Below, in pieces: positions 18,113 through 28,222 of a stretch of DNA of 64,000 nt; the stretch's first letter is position 1; each line of letters opens with the position of its first letter. Source of the DNA: Opitutia bacterium UBA3534 (lineage in GTDB: Bacteria; Verrucomicrobiota; Verrucomicrobiia; Opitutales; UBA3534); contig DFOT01000012.1 of the NCBI GenBank assembly GCA_002376875.1, positions 34,357 through 98,356 of the forward strand. Reading direction: 5' to 3'. Made by a program: the position numbers and the translations under genes. Below the pieces are notes generated by a model, which saw nothing but the letters and a program-made list of their open reading frames with translations, did not search any database and was not told where the DNA came from.

Positions 18113-21100
18113 ATGTCTCAAGACCTCGCAGTTTCCTCGACTTTACTTGATCAGCAAGCCCGTGATGCATTCACGAAAAAGCTTGGTGAAAACTTCTCTG
18201 TGATAGCGGGTGCAGGTGCAGGTAAAACCCGTGCCATAGTCGAGCGTGTTGTAGCGTTAGCGCTGCAAGACCGTTATGCTACCGATGCAGTCCTGCCTCG
18301 TTTAGTTGTTGTTACTTATACCCGAAAGGCCGCTGAAGAAATGGAGCAGCGTGTCCGGCAAAATTTGTTGTCGAGCCCCGACATGAATGATTGTCTGGCA
18401 TCTGTTAATAAGGCTTTTTTTGGGACGATTCATAGTTTTTGTTTGGATCTATTATATCGATTTGGCCCTTTAGCAGGGCTGCCTTCAGGGTTGGAGCTTC
18501 TGGAACAAGAGGATGTCTTGTGGTTAGCCTTTGTGCGTAGCTTAACGAGCTTAGATGGCTTTTTGCCTGCTGCCGTTAAAAAGGAAGCTTCCCAGCTTTT
18601 ACATCTCAATACATTGTTAGAGGCTGCAAAATCTTTAAGGCCTGCTGCCCAGGAGTCTTCCATAGCTTTAGCACTTCCTGAAATTGAATGGTCTCGGTTA
18701 TTAAACTTTGAGGCGGATAAGCGTAATCAAAATGCAATAGATGAAGGAAAGCAGCACCTCAATGACTGGTTAGATGCTTTTTCTGCTGGCGAGCTTTCTT
18801 TAGGCCTTCCTACTTATGAGAAAGGCGGTAAGGCTTTCCAGGTATGTTGGGCTGAGGTTCTTAAGCCTCTTCAAGATTGGGCAGGAGCTGTAGCGCTTGT
18901 TTTTATTAAAAATGTCGCTAGGGCCTATGCACAATTTCGTCTAAGTAAGGGGTTGGTTCGCTATGATGATATGGTGCGTTTGGCTTTAGGGTTAATGAAA
19001 GACCCGGCGGCCCGCAAAGAAATTGCTAAGCAAGGCTATCATGTTATCTTAGATGAAGCTCAAGATACAGATGAGGATCAGTTCACTTTGCTGCTCGAGC
19101 TTGCCCGTCCAGCCCAGGCTCAATCTTTTTGGCTAGATTCCGCAGAGTATCCTCCTGGGCCAGGGCGCTTTTGCATGGTGGGAGACCCTCAGCAATCTAT
19201 TTACGGCAGCCGTGCTGACGTGACTACGTATTTAAAATTTCATCACGCATTTTTAGAGTCTGGGGCAGCTGAGGCACTTAATTTTTCAGTGACTATGCGT
19301 TGTGATGAGGCACTTGTTGATTCTGTTAACGCCTTGTTTCCTTCTCTGTTTGAAAGTTCAAATAATATTGATTTTACTCCTTTGCAAAAACGTCCCTGGG
19401 CTGGTTCAGGTCAGGTGCTTAAGCTTCCTTTAGCTTACCCTAAAGATCAAGGCTTTGAATCTTTATTGTCTGAGGACAAGGCTCGTGTTGAAGCCCGCGC
19501 TTTAGTTGATTGGCTTGGCTCTCAATCGTTGGATTCTTTAGGGCTTACGGACTGGAGTGAGCTTGCTTTTATAGCACCGCGTAAAAAATGGCTGTTGCCT
19601 CTGAATCAAGCATTCCGCGAAGCAGGTGTGAGGGCCCAGGTTCATTCTCATGAGCTTCAGCAAGGAGACTGCCCTGCTTATGCATGGATTACTGCTTTGG
19701 TGACTGTTATTGCTCAGCCTCAGAACGCATTTGAAATCGCGGGTGTACTGCGTGAGATTTTTGGTGTTTCCGATCATGATACAGCTTGTTTCGTCAAGGA
19801 GCGTGGTGTTAGTGGGACGGCGGGTCATCCGTTACAAATCCTAGAGCTTACTTCCGGAGATGGTCCTGTCGTAGCTGTTTTGAATAACCTATGTCAGGTT
19901 CGCAAAACTGTCTTAATGTTGCCTTGGGTTGAGGCCGTTTACACTTTAGCTCAGCTAACAGATTTATCTGAGCGGCTTAATAGCTTGCCCGGTTATACTC
20001 CTGGTAGTTTAGTGAAGGCACTAGAGCTTCATTTATTCAAGGCCATTGAGAAAGAAGCGGCTTCTTTTCAAGATTGGGCAAGCGCATTGCAGTCAGCCTA
20101 TGCTTATCCTCAGGATGAGATTCCCGTAAGTCCTGGGTGTGTGCAGCTTTATACCTGTCATAAGTCTAAAGGACTGGAGTGGAAGCTAGTGGTTGTTCCG
20201 TTTCTTTTCCGAGATATTTCTAAGCCTCCAACAGCTTACCCAAAGCTATTGCGTTCTGAGGCCGGTGCTCCGCCTACTGTTTTATTAGATAAAAATCACC
20301 GAGGTTCACTGTTGGAGTCTGCTCAGGCAAAGCGTGTACATGAAGAGCACAAACGTTTGCTTTATGTGACCCTTACACGTGCACGCCAGCGACTGATTTT
20401 GGTGGATGACTCTGCACTGTTTTATTCGGGGAAAGGTAATTCTTTTGCCGACACACTGAGAATAACTCCAGAAGGAGGGAATGAGCCCTTTTGGAAAAAA
20501 TTAGGTACAGGCTTGGTGTCTATGGAGGATTTTTCTGAAGAAAAGACAGATTGTTTAGACTTATCTTGGTTAAACTCTGTTTCTCATGACGAAGAGAAAA
20601 TGCCAGAGGCTCTCCAGCGAGCCTCGTTGTTTCCTGAGCGAGTTATTCCTAGTAGCTTAGCTCGGCACGAAGCTTCTGAGGTTGATGACCCGGGTCGGCA
20701 GCTCCAGTCTGGTGGGGCTGACTACGGAAATTGGTGGCATTTGATGATGGAAGAAAACCCATGGGACAAGGATATGCCGGCTTGGAAAACGCATTGCTTG
20801 AGCACTCTAGAACAGTGTCCTTACCCTGAGCGTGGGGAGATAGAGATTCTATCCTTTTTGGCCTCGGACTGCGCTCAGTATTTAGCTCAACCATCTGTTT
20901 CAGTGCGGACTGAGGTGCCTTTTATGTGGCCCTCAGATAATGGGATCATCTATGAAGGGTCTATTGACTTAGTTGCTTGGAGTGCTGACACTCAATCAGC
21001 TTGGGTGCTTGATTGGAAGACCGATGCACTTTCGCCTGAGGCCCTGCTCGAAGCCTATCAGCCCCAGATAAATGTTTATTGCCAAGCGGTTTCTTCATTC

Positions 21101-21166
21101 TTTGGAGTTCAGCCCCAAGCCCAACTTTATTCAACCCGTTTGGGTACGAGTATTAAGGGGCGCTGA
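18113..21166 (+). CDS. UvrD-like helicase fused to a C-terminal PD-(D/E)XK nuclease (AddA/RecB-type)
   Basis: Walker A AGAGAGKT, DEAQD box (ILDEAQDT). C-terminal nuclease motifs GSIDLVAW...VLDWKTD and QINVY. Confidence 0.85.
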   Translation: MSQDLAVSSTLLDQQARDAFTKKLGENFSVIAGAGAGKTRAIVERVVALALQDRYATDAVLPRLVVVTYTRKAAEEMEQRVRQNLLSSPDMNDCLASVNKAFFGTIHSFCLDLLYRFGPLAGLPSGLELLEQEDVLWLAFVRSLTSLDGFLPAAVKKEASQLLHLNTLLEAAKSLRPAAQESSIALALPEIEWSRLLNFEADKRNQNAIDEGKQHLNDWLDAFSAGELSLGLPTYEKGGKAFQVCWAEVLKPLQDWAGAVALVFIKNVARAYAQFRLSKGLVRYDDMVRLALGLMKDPAARKEIAKQGYHVILDEAQDTDEDQFTLLLELARPAQAQSFWLDSAEYPPGPGRFCMVGDPQQSIYGSRADVTTYLKFHHAFLESGAAEALNFSVTMRCDEALVDSVNALFPSLFESSNNIDFTPLQKRPWAGSGQVLKLPLAYPKDQGFESLLSEDKARVEARALVDWLGSQSLDSLGLTDWSELAFIAPRKKWLLPLNQAFREAGVRAQVHSHELQQGDCPAYAWITALVTVIAQPQNAFEIAGVLREIFGVSDHDTACFVKERGVSGTAGHPLQILELTSGDGPVVAVLNNLCQVRKTVLMLPWVEAVYTLAQLTDLSERLNSLPGYTPGSLVKALELHLFKAIEKEAASFQDWASALQSAYAYPQDEIPVSPGCVQLYTCHKSKGLEWKLVVVPFLFRDISKPPTAYPKLLRSEAGAPPTVLLDKNHRGSLLESAQAKRVHEEHKRLLYVTLTRARQRLILVDDSALFYSGKGNSFADTLRITPEGGNEPFWKKLGTGLVSMEDFSEEKTDCLDLSWLNSVSHDEEKMPEALQRASLFPERVIPSSLARHEASEVDDPGRQLQSGGADYGNWWHLMMEENPWDKDMPAWKTHCLSTLEQCPYPERGEIEILSFLASDCAQYLAQPSVSVRTEVPFMWPSDNGIIYEGSIDLVAWSADTQSAWVLDWKTDALSPEALLEAYQPQINVYCQAVSSFFGVQPQAQLYSTRLGTSIKGR

Positions 21167-21222
21167 TTAAATATTATTGGCTTGAAGCACCTACATTTTT
21201 ACAAAATACTCTGTCTCAGGTT

Positions 21223-23301
21223 ATGCGCTCTCTTCTTCTTATTTCCTGCTTCTGGATGGGGCTTCAAGGTCCTACTGCTTTGGCTGCAGAAGCCTCGGAA
21301 GAATCTTACCCCCAGTGGTTGGAGTCTCAGTCTCTTTTGAAGCAGGCTCAGCAGTTTGATCCTGAAATTCCTGAGCTTCGTGGGGCGCCTTCATCTATGT
21401 TTGAGCAGGGGTCTGTATGGTTCATGCCTTATCCTGCCTCAGTGATTACTAATAAGGAAGAGTCTGTTCTAGAGACCTTAGGGAGTTCGGCACTTTGGAA
21501 TGCCCTTCGTAAGCTATCAACTCAGGCTATTTATCTTAATTCAGTAAAGCAATCCGGTAGTCTCTTAGGGTATATGTACCAAGCTTCTGAGGATGCTTAT
21601 AAGGACCGTGTAGGCTTTGTATTGGATGACACCTTGGGCTCTCAAGAGGAGTATCAAGCACTCATTAATACAGCTAATACGGTAGAGGCCATTGTGTTAG
21701 AGGATCTGATTTTGGGGAATACAGGACGTGGGGCAGATTTCCTCCTAGCCCAGCGTGCCTACGCTGATTACCCAGAATTATTTTTGATGCTCGAGCTCCT
21801 CCCTAAGGACTGGGATTTGCTCCCTAAAGTACAGGATGAGGAGGGGGCTATTGCTTTACCCAAGGTTTCTTTAGAGGCATTGTTTCAAAAAGAAGTATTT
21901 GCTGATTATGGAGCCCTTGACTTAGCGGCTCAGTCAACTTGGGCAGCCACAGCTCCGGTTTCAGGGTTTGATGGGAGAGAGCGTCGGTGGGTATATTTCT
22001 ATCATGATACCCTGAATCAGCCTGTTCTTAATTGGCAAACCCCTGCTTCTGGTCTTTACGACATTATTAAGGCTGATGCCGTACGTACTTTGCATGATGT
22101 AGGGGTAAAGGGGGTACATCTAGATCTTCAAGGATTTCTTGATTTCGAAGCTGCAGCTGATGCACCTTACACTGCATCTGCAGAAGTTTCTCGGATAGCC
22201 GCTTCTTTAGTGCGCTCATTAGGGGGGTATTCTTTTCAGAAGCTAGATATCCCTCTGGATCAGGTCTCCTTTTTTGCAGATCAAGGGGCAGACTTATTTT
22301 ATGATATTTGGAGCTGGCCCACTTATCACTATGCACTGCTTACTGGAGATGCTGCTTTATTGCGCACAATGTTGCGCCTTATCCATGACTATGGTGTTCA
22401 GCCCAAGCAATTAATCCACTCACTACAAATAGCCGATCCTATTCCTAATGCTTTAGTGCATTGTATAGCACATGCTGAAGACCTCTTTACATTTCGTGGG
22501 GAGCAAGTCTCTGGGGCTCAGCTTCAGGCTTGGTTCTCTGAAGCTATGGGGCGCCTTTCCATAGATACTGAAGATGGGCAAACGCGTCTTTATCTTACTT
22601 GCACCGGCTTGTGTGCGGAGGCTTTTGGGATAAAAGACCCTTACAATATCGATATAGAAGGTTTGAAGACGATCCAAAAGGGGCACTTGTTAATGGCATT
22701 TTTTAATGCAATGCAACCAGGTGTGTTTCTTTTTTCGGGTTGGGATTTAGTGGGTGCCCTTCCTTTGACGGAGGCGCAATTAGCTTCACGTTTTGAGCAA
22801 GAAGAGCGTCATTGGATCTCTCGAGGGGCTTATGACTTATTAGACTTTAACCCTGAAGCCACTGTTTCAGCTTCAGGCATTCCTAAAGCGCAAGCACTCT
22901 ATGGCAACATTTTAAACCAGCTCAAAAAGCCTGATTCTTTTGTTTCTCGTCTTAAAGCTATTATTGATATACGTCAGCAGCTCGGAATTGCCGATGCTAA
23001 GCGCTTAGCGATCCCTCAGGTGGATAACCCAGGTGTTATTATTCTCATCCATGAGCTTCCTGCGGATAAAGGCCTCCAAGTTACTGCGGTTAACTTTGGT
23101 CGTGACGCTGTCGAAGAATTTATCGAGCTTGAAGGGTTAGCAGGGTTTACGGCGATTGAGCTGCTTCGCCGTGAGGATGCTCCCGTTGTTTCTCAAGACG
23201 ATATCCTTAATATCCGTTTGGATGCTTTAGAAGGTAAAACATTTATCCTTGAGGATCCTAATGCTCCTCGGCCTTTAGCGAGCGCGTCATCAGACATGTA
23301 A
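21223..23301 (+). CDS. Secreted GH13-like protein (malto-oligosyltrehalose synthase/TreY-like, catalytic motifs degenerate)
   Basis: Signal peptide MRSLLLISCFWMGLQGPTALAAE. DLILGNTG occupies the place of GH13 region I (DxxPNH). GVKGVHLDLQGFL resembles region II (GxRxDxxxxL). Confidence 0.4.
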   Translation: MRSLLLISCFWMGLQGPTALAAEASEESYPQWLESQSLLKQAQQFDPEIPELRGAPSSMFEQGSVWFMPYPASVITNKEESVLETLGSSALWNALRKLSTQAIYLNSVKQSGSLLGYMYQASEDAYKDRVGFVLDDTLGSQEEYQALINTANTVEAIVLEDLILGNTGRGADFLLAQRAYADYPELFLMLELLPKDWDLLPKVQDEEGAIALPKVSLEALFQKEVFADYGALDLAAQSTWAATAPVSGFDGRERRWVYFYHDTLNQPVLNWQTPASGLYDIIKADAVRTLHDVGVKGVHLDLQGFLDFEAAADAPYTASAEVSRIAASLVRSLGGYSFQKLDIPLDQVSFFADQGADLFYDIWSWPTYHYALLTGDAALLRTMLRLIHDYGVQPKQLIHSLQIADPIPNALVHCIAHAEDLFTFRGEQVSGAQLQAWFSEAMGRLSIDTEDGQTRLYLTCTGLCAEAFGIKDPYNIDIEGLKTIQKGHLLMAFFNAMQPGVFLFSGWDLVGALPLTEAQLASRFEQEERHWISRGAYDLLDFNPEATVSASGIPKAQALYGNILNQLKKPDSFVSRLKAIIDIRQQLGIADAKRLAIPQVDNPGVIILIHELPADKGLQVTAVNFGRDAVEEFIELEGLAGFTAIELLRREDAPVVSQDDILNIRLDALEGKTFILEDPNAPRPLASASSDM

Positions 23302-24262
23302 CGGCTTCTTGCGGAGGTTTTTCTTCAAAGAGTACTGCGTAGACTTCTTTTAGAATTGGTCCCTCAATGCCTTCTTGTGTACAGCGTTCCTGAAAACATT
23401 GTGTAGCGTTATAACCTTCAACGACTGTTTTTCGGTTTTTAAGTAAGGCCTCAATAGTATCTCCTGAGCCAAGACGCTGCCCAAAGGTACGGTTACGGCT
23501 CCATTCACCCTCACAGGTGGCAACTAAGTCACCCATACCGCTTAGGCCATAAAAGGTGGCTTTTTCTCCACCTAGGGTAGACCCTAAGCGTACCATTTCG
23601 TGAAGGGCCCGGGTGAGGTATGCTGCCTTAGCATTGTCGCCTAGTTTGAGTCCGTCTAAAATTCCTGCGCCGATAGCGTAAACATTCTTGAGCGCTCCTG
23701 CCAGTTCTGCCCCCACAATATCTTTAGAGCGGTACACACGTAAAGTGTCTGAGCTGATGGCTTCCTGGATTTTGATGAGTGTGCTATCCTCAATGCTTGA
23801 GGCAAGTACGGTAGCTGCTGGCTTTCCTTGGGCAATCTCTTTGGCGTAGTTAGGGCCATTTAAAACTCCAAAGTAAGCCTTGGGTAGGCTTTCTTCCATC
23901 ACTTGTGTGGGGCGTAGTAGCGTTTTAGGCTCTAAGCCTTTACAGAGTGTGATGAAACACTTTTGGTCCCAGTGGGGTTTGAATAGGGGGGTAATTTTCT
24001 CACACAAAGCGCGTAAGCCTTGGGTGGGGCAGGCCAGTATGCAGGCATTGGCGATATTCAGGGCGGATTCTAAATCCGTGCTAATGAGAATGTTTTTATC
24101 TAGGGGGACCCCTGGTAAGTAGTCGCGGTTTTCTCCCTCTTCTTGGAGGGCTTGTGCCTGTTCTGGGCGACGTGGGATAAGGGTAACACTGTTGCCTGAG
24201 CGGGCAAGGGATATGGCTAAGGCTGTGCCCCAGGCCCCTGCGCCTAAAATACAAAAATTCAT
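23258..24262 (-). CDS. gpsA: NAD(P)H-dependent glycerol-3-phosphate dehydrogenase
   Basis: N-terminal ILGAGAWGTALAISLA dinucleotide fold and a GpsA-type C-terminal domain. The 3' end overlaps the convergent gene by 44 nt. Confidence 0.93.
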   Translation of the reverse strand: MNFCILGAGAWGTALAISLARSGNSVTLIPRRPEQAQALQEEGENRDYLPGVPLDKNILISTDLESALNIANACILACPTQGLRALCEKITPLFKPHWDQKCFITLCKGLEPKTLLRPTQVMEESLPKAYFGVLNGPNYAKEIAQGKPAATVLASSIEDSTLIKIQEAISSDTLRVYRSKDIVGAELAGALKNVYAIGAGILDGLKLGDNAKAAYLTRALHEMVRLGSTLGGEKATFYGLSGMGDLVATCEGEWSRNRTFGQRLGSGDTIEALLKNRKTVVEGYNATQCFQERCTQEGIEGPILKEVYAVLFEEKPPQEAVTCLMTRSLKAEEH

Positions 24263-24339
24263 GGTCTTATTGAATAATTAAGGTGTCAATTACTGATGTA
24301 ATTGACGAGAAGCCCTCATGTGCTAGACTATTCTAAGCT

Positions 24340-24609
24340 ATGTTGAGACTTGTTTTTCTATGGTTTTATAAAGCGCAAAAGCGTCGCTCGAGTAAAGCTT
24401 TTTTAAAAAAGCGTCTCGCCTCTATTAATCGAGGAGATGCGGATAATTTTACCGAAAACTCAAACTCATTTAAGAACGTAGCCTTTGGGAAATATGATAT
24501 CCCTGGTCATTTAAAACATTGGTTCACAACGCTCTGGGTTGCCCTCCTGGTAGCCTTGCTAGTCTGGTTTATTTGGGAGAGTATTATAGGGATTATTATT
24601 TTTAGCTGA
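24340..24609 (+). CDS. Hypothetical small membrane protein (weak call)
   Basis: 89 aa with a basic N-terminus and a C-terminal TM (WFTTLWVALLVALLVWFIW). A GGGGG-cttaa-CCCCC hairpin lies at 24634-24648 just downstream. Confidence 0.35.
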   Translation: MLRLVFLWFYKAQKRRSSKAFLKKRLASINRGDADNFTENSNSFKNVAFGKYDIPGHLKHWFTTLWVALLVALLVWFIWESIIGIIIFS

Positions 24610-24752
24610 TAATTTAAGATTGATTATGATCTTGGGGGCTTAACCCCCTCGGCTACCCTGTGTTCTTGACGCTGAGGCTCTGTGTGCCTAGGCTCAAGAG
24701 CCTTTAATTCACACTATCCCGGGTCTATATTATTTACTGAAATTTCTATTTT

Positions 24753-26255
24753 ATGAGTAAGGAGAATCAAGCGACAGAAGCGGTCAATGCTGAGGACAAT
24801 ACACACGATCTTTATGCCGTGCGTTTGGCAAAGCTCGAGCAAATGCGCGAGCAGGGAGAGGATCCGTTCCGTGCCAATTGGGCGCAAACCCACACCTCGA
24901 CCCAGGCTTGTGCTCTGTACAAAGAAGATGTGCCTGATGAAGAGCAAGCAGCGGTCTCTGTCGCAGGGCGTTTGCTTACGATCCGAATTATGGGGAAGGC
25001 TAGCTTTGTCAAAATCCAAGATCAAGACGGCCAGATACAATTTTACGTTAAGCGCGATGAGATCGGGGTAGAGGCCTACCAAGCCTTCAAAAAGCTCGAC
25101 TTAGGGGATATTATTGGTGCTGAAGGCACACTCTTTAAAACGAAAACAGGGGAGACGACCGTACGGGTAACTTCCTGGAAGCTTCTCTCAAAAGCGCTGC
25201 GTCCTTTGCCCGAAAAGTGGCATGGATTGAGTGATAATGAGCAAATTTATCGCCAGCGCTATTTGGACTTAATCATTAATCAAGAGTCCCGCCAGCGCTT
25301 TAACCAGCGTGCGGCCATTCTTAAGGAGATCCGCCAATTTTTATGGGGGCGTGGTTTTCAGGAAGTTGAGACACCTTGTTTGCAAGGGATTGCTGGGGGC
25401 GCTGCAGCCCGTCCGTTCACTACGCACATGAATGCTTTGAATTGTGATTTTTACCTGCGTATTTCTTTAGAGCTTTACCTAAAGCGCATGCTCGTCTCTG
25501 GGGTGGATCGCGTATTTGAGATGGGCCGGATCTTCCGTAACGAAGGTTTGTCTCGCCGGCATAATCCGGAGTTTACGATGCTCGAGCTTTACCAAGCGTA
25601 CACAGACTATCGGGGGATGATGACGTTGATTGTCGATATGATCCAGCACGTCTGTAAAACGGTTTTGGGGACAACCCAGATCGAACAGCCTGATGGTAAC
25701 GTTATTGAATTGGGTGGTAAATGGCGTGAGGTTACTTATAAGGAGCTTATCCTCGAGGCAACTCAAGACCCAGAGTGGTTCTCTCGTTCTAAGGAAGAGA
25801 TGCTCGATGCCTGTAAGAAATTACAGATCGATGTAAACCCAGACCTCGAGCCGTTTGAAATCACCAATAATGTTTTTGAAAAGCTTATTGAGCCTACTTT
25901 GATTCAGCCGACCTTTGTAACGCATATCCCTAAAGAGCTTTGCCCACTTGCAAAGATTAACGAGGCAGACCCAAGTGTTTTAGATGTGTTTGAGCTCTGT
26001 ATCAATGGTCAGGAAATTGCTCCGGCATACTCCGAACAAAATGACCCCTTTGTGCAGCGTGAGATGTTCGAAGCCCAGGCTGGGGAAGATATTCAAAGCA
26101 TTGACCAAGACTTCTTGCTGGCACTCGAGCATGGAATGCCTCCTGCAGGTGGTATGGGTGTTGGAATTGACCGGCTTGTTATCTTGCTTACGGGTGCAGC
26201 GAATATCCGTGATACTATTTTGTTCCCTACTCTCAAACCTGTTAGTACCGAGTAA
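24753..26255 (+). CDS. lysS: Lysyl-tRNA synthetase, class II
   Basis: N-terminal OB fold, motif 2 RIFRNEGLSRRHNPEFTMLE, motif 3 GMGVGIDRLV. Confidence 0.96.
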   Translation: MSKENQATEAVNAEDNTHDLYAVRLAKLEQMREQGEDPFRANWAQTHTSTQACALYKEDVPDEEQAAVSVAGRLLTIRIMGKASFVKIQDQDGQIQFYVKRDEIGVEAYQAFKKLDLGDIIGAEGTLFKTKTGETTVRVTSWKLLSKALRPLPEKWHGLSDNEQIYRQRYLDLIINQESRQRFNQRAAILKEIRQFLWGRGFQEVETPCLQGIAGGAAARPFTTHMNALNCDFYLRISLELYLKRMLVSGVDRVFEMGRIFRNEGLSRRHNPEFTMLELYQAYTDYRGMMTLIVDMIQHVCKTVLGTTQIEQPDGNVIELGGKWREVTYKELILEATQDPEWFSRSKEEMLDACKKLQIDVNPDLEPFEITNNVFEKLIEPTLIQPTFVTHIPKELCPLAKINEADPSVLDVFELCINGQEIAPAYSEQNDPFVQREMFEAQAGEDIQSIDQDFLLALEHGMPPAGGMGVGIDRLVILLTGAANIRDTILFPTLKPVSTE

Positions 26256-26258
26256 CTC

Positions 26259-27488
26259 ATGCCTTGGCCGCTCTACCTCGCTTTAAAGCAACTGTTCCCT
26301 ACAGGTAAACGGTGCAGTTTCTATGCGGCTACCTCTGTGGTAGGAGTTATGCTTGGGGTGATGGTGTTGATTATTGTCCAGAGTGTGATGAACGGTTTTG
26401 GCCATGAGATCCGCAGCAAGATCGTTGATGTTAATAGCCATATCCGTATTGAGGCCAATCAGGTCTTTTCCGGAGGGGAGATGCTTGCCGAGCAAGTTAG
26501 CCAAGAGCCCGAAGTGGCAGCAGCATCGCCTTACGCCCAAGGAATGGTGATGCTACAATATGGAGCACATCCGGCATTTCCTATTATCCGTAGTGTGGAT
26601 ACCTCAGCGGGGCCCCAGGTTTTAGATATAGATGAGTATCTCATGATGGGGCAGCTGAGTGATCTTGATGATGAGTCTCTTATTGTGAGCTCGGGCTTAG
26701 CGAATAGCCTAGGGATTGCACTAGGCTCAGTGGTGGATGTGTATACCCCTTTGATGCTCGAGCGCATGAAGGAAGACGAGATTCTGCTTCCTAGAGAGCT
26801 TGAAGTAGTGGGTGTCTTTGAGACGGGGTGGAACCAAGTCGACGCCAACACAGTGCTTTGCACGCTATCGTTGATGCAAGAGCTTTATGGTCTGGATGAG
26901 GGTGTACATGGGGTGGCAATTCGTTTGCATGATGAAGATAAGGTCGTAGCTGTGGCCGATAAGCTCAATGCAATGCTGCCCCCTGGAGTAAACGCACACA
27001 CCTGGATGGAGCTTGATCGGGACTTTCTCTTTATCTTGGGCTTAGAGAAGTCCATGATGTTTTTTATCATGCTCTTTATTTTGCTGGTAGCTTCTTTCTC
27101 TATAGCAAGCTCTCTGATGATTGCTGTGCTGCGTAAAACACGAGAGATCGGCTTGCTGAGTGCGATGGGCGGGACGCCTCGCCAGATCGCAGCAGCCTTT
27201 GGCCTTCAAGGGTTTATTATAGGCGTTATTGGGACTACCTTGGGTGTTCTTGGGGGGCTTTTGCTCCTATATTACCGTAATGAGATTATTCATTTATTCG
27301 CCCGCATTACAAATAGTGAGGCAGCTCTTTTGCGTTATTATCAATTTTCAAACCTTCCGGTCTATTATTCTTGGGTAGATTTTGTTTTAATCATCAGTCT
27401 AGCTATGGTGGTCTCTACCTTGGCCGGCGTGTTTCCTGCTTGGCGTGCATCACGCCTTAAACCCTCAAAAGCTTTGCGTAGTGAATGA
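26259..27488 (+). CDS. Lipoprotein-release ABC permease (LolC/LolE family, FtsX-type)
   Basis: 409 aa with an N-terminal TM, a large periplasmic domain and a C-terminal FtsX-like 3-TM bundle. Followed by a LolD-like ATPase. Confidence 0.85.
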   Translation: MPWPLYLALKQLFPTGKRCSFYAATSVVGVMLGVMVLIIVQSVMNGFGHEIRSKIVDVNSHIRIEANQVFSGGEMLAEQVSQEPEVAAASPYAQGMVMLQYGAHPAFPIIRSVDTSAGPQVLDIDEYLMMGQLSDLDDESLIVSSGLANSLGIALGSVVDVYTPLMLERMKEDEILLPRELEVVGVFETGWNQVDANTVLCTLSLMQELYGLDEGVHGVAIRLHDEDKVVAVADKLNAMLPPGVNAHTWMELDRDFLFILGLEKSMMFFIMLFILLVASFSIASSLMIAVLRKTREIGLLSAMGGTPRQIAAAFGLQGFIIGVIGTTLGVLGGLLLLYYRNEIIHLFARITNSEAALLRYYQFSNLPVYYSWVDFVLIISLAMVVSTLAGVFPAWRASRLKPSKALRSE

Positions 27489-28152
27489 TCCTCTTCTTGA
27501 AGCACGCTCTTTAGCTAAGGCCTTTCCAAGTCCGGAAGGCCCGATAACAGTGCTCAGCCAGGTAGATTTTTCTATCAGTGCCCAAGAGAGCGTGAGTATT
27601 CGTGGGGAATCTGGCGCAGGGAAGTCTACTTTGCTTTATTTGTTAACACTGCTAGAAGCCCCAGACAGTGGAGAGCTTTTGTGGCGGGGGGAGCCTGTTC
27701 TAAATAAGTCCATCCGTGCTGTTAATCGTTTGCGTGCGAAGCTTTTAGGGTTTGTATTTCAGTCTTTTTACCTCATGCCTGAGCTTAATGCGCTAGAAAA
27801 TGTTTTGATTGCTAAGCGCATGTTAGGCGGGCTAAGCAGTGCTGATAAGACCAAGGCTGAAGGCCTACTAAAGCGTGTAGGCCTTGAAAAACGCTTGAAC
27901 GCACTTCCAACAACCCTTTCAGGGGGAGAACGTCAACGCGTTGCAATCGCTAGGGCGTTGATGAATAACCCTGACATTATAGTGGCGGACGAGCCTACGG
28001 GGAACCTAGACGAGCACACTGCTGAACAGGTAATGGATATGCTTTTAGGCTTATGTAAAGAAGAGGGTACTGCGCTGATTTTAGTTACGCACAACCCTAG
28101 CTTTGCAAGCTGCACTAATCGTCAACTGTTTTTGCAGCACGGCGCTTTATAA
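27481..28152 (+). CDS. lolD: Lipoprotein-release ABC ATPase
   Basis: Walker A GESGAGKST, signature LSGGERQR, Walker B IIVADEPT. GTG at 27481 overlaps the permease stop by 8 nt. The ORF track offers an alternative GTG at 27445. Confidence 0.9.
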   Translation: MNDPLLEARSLAKAFPSPEGPITVLSQVDFSISAQESVSIRGESGAGKSTLLYLLTLLEAPDSGELLWRGEPVLNKSIRAVNRLRAKLLGFVFQSFYLMPELNALENVLIAKRMLGGLSSADKTKAEGLLKRVGLEKRLNALPTTLSGGERQRVAIARALMNNPDIIVADEPTGNLDEHTAEQVMDMLLGLCKEEGTALILVTHNPSFASCTNRQLFLQHGAL

Positions 28153-28165
28153 GAAAATTTTGTTC

Positions 28166-28201
28166 AAAAAAAACCTCAAGGAATTATCCTTGAGGTTTTT
28201 T
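28166..28201. terminator. Bidirectional rho-independent terminator between lolD and gyrA
   Basis: A8 run, perfect 8-bp stem CCTCAAGG / CCTTGAGG (28174-28181 / 28188-28195), 6-nt loop, T6 run. Confidence 0.85.
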
Positions 28202-28222
28202 GTTAAATTAATGTTCGTGGGT

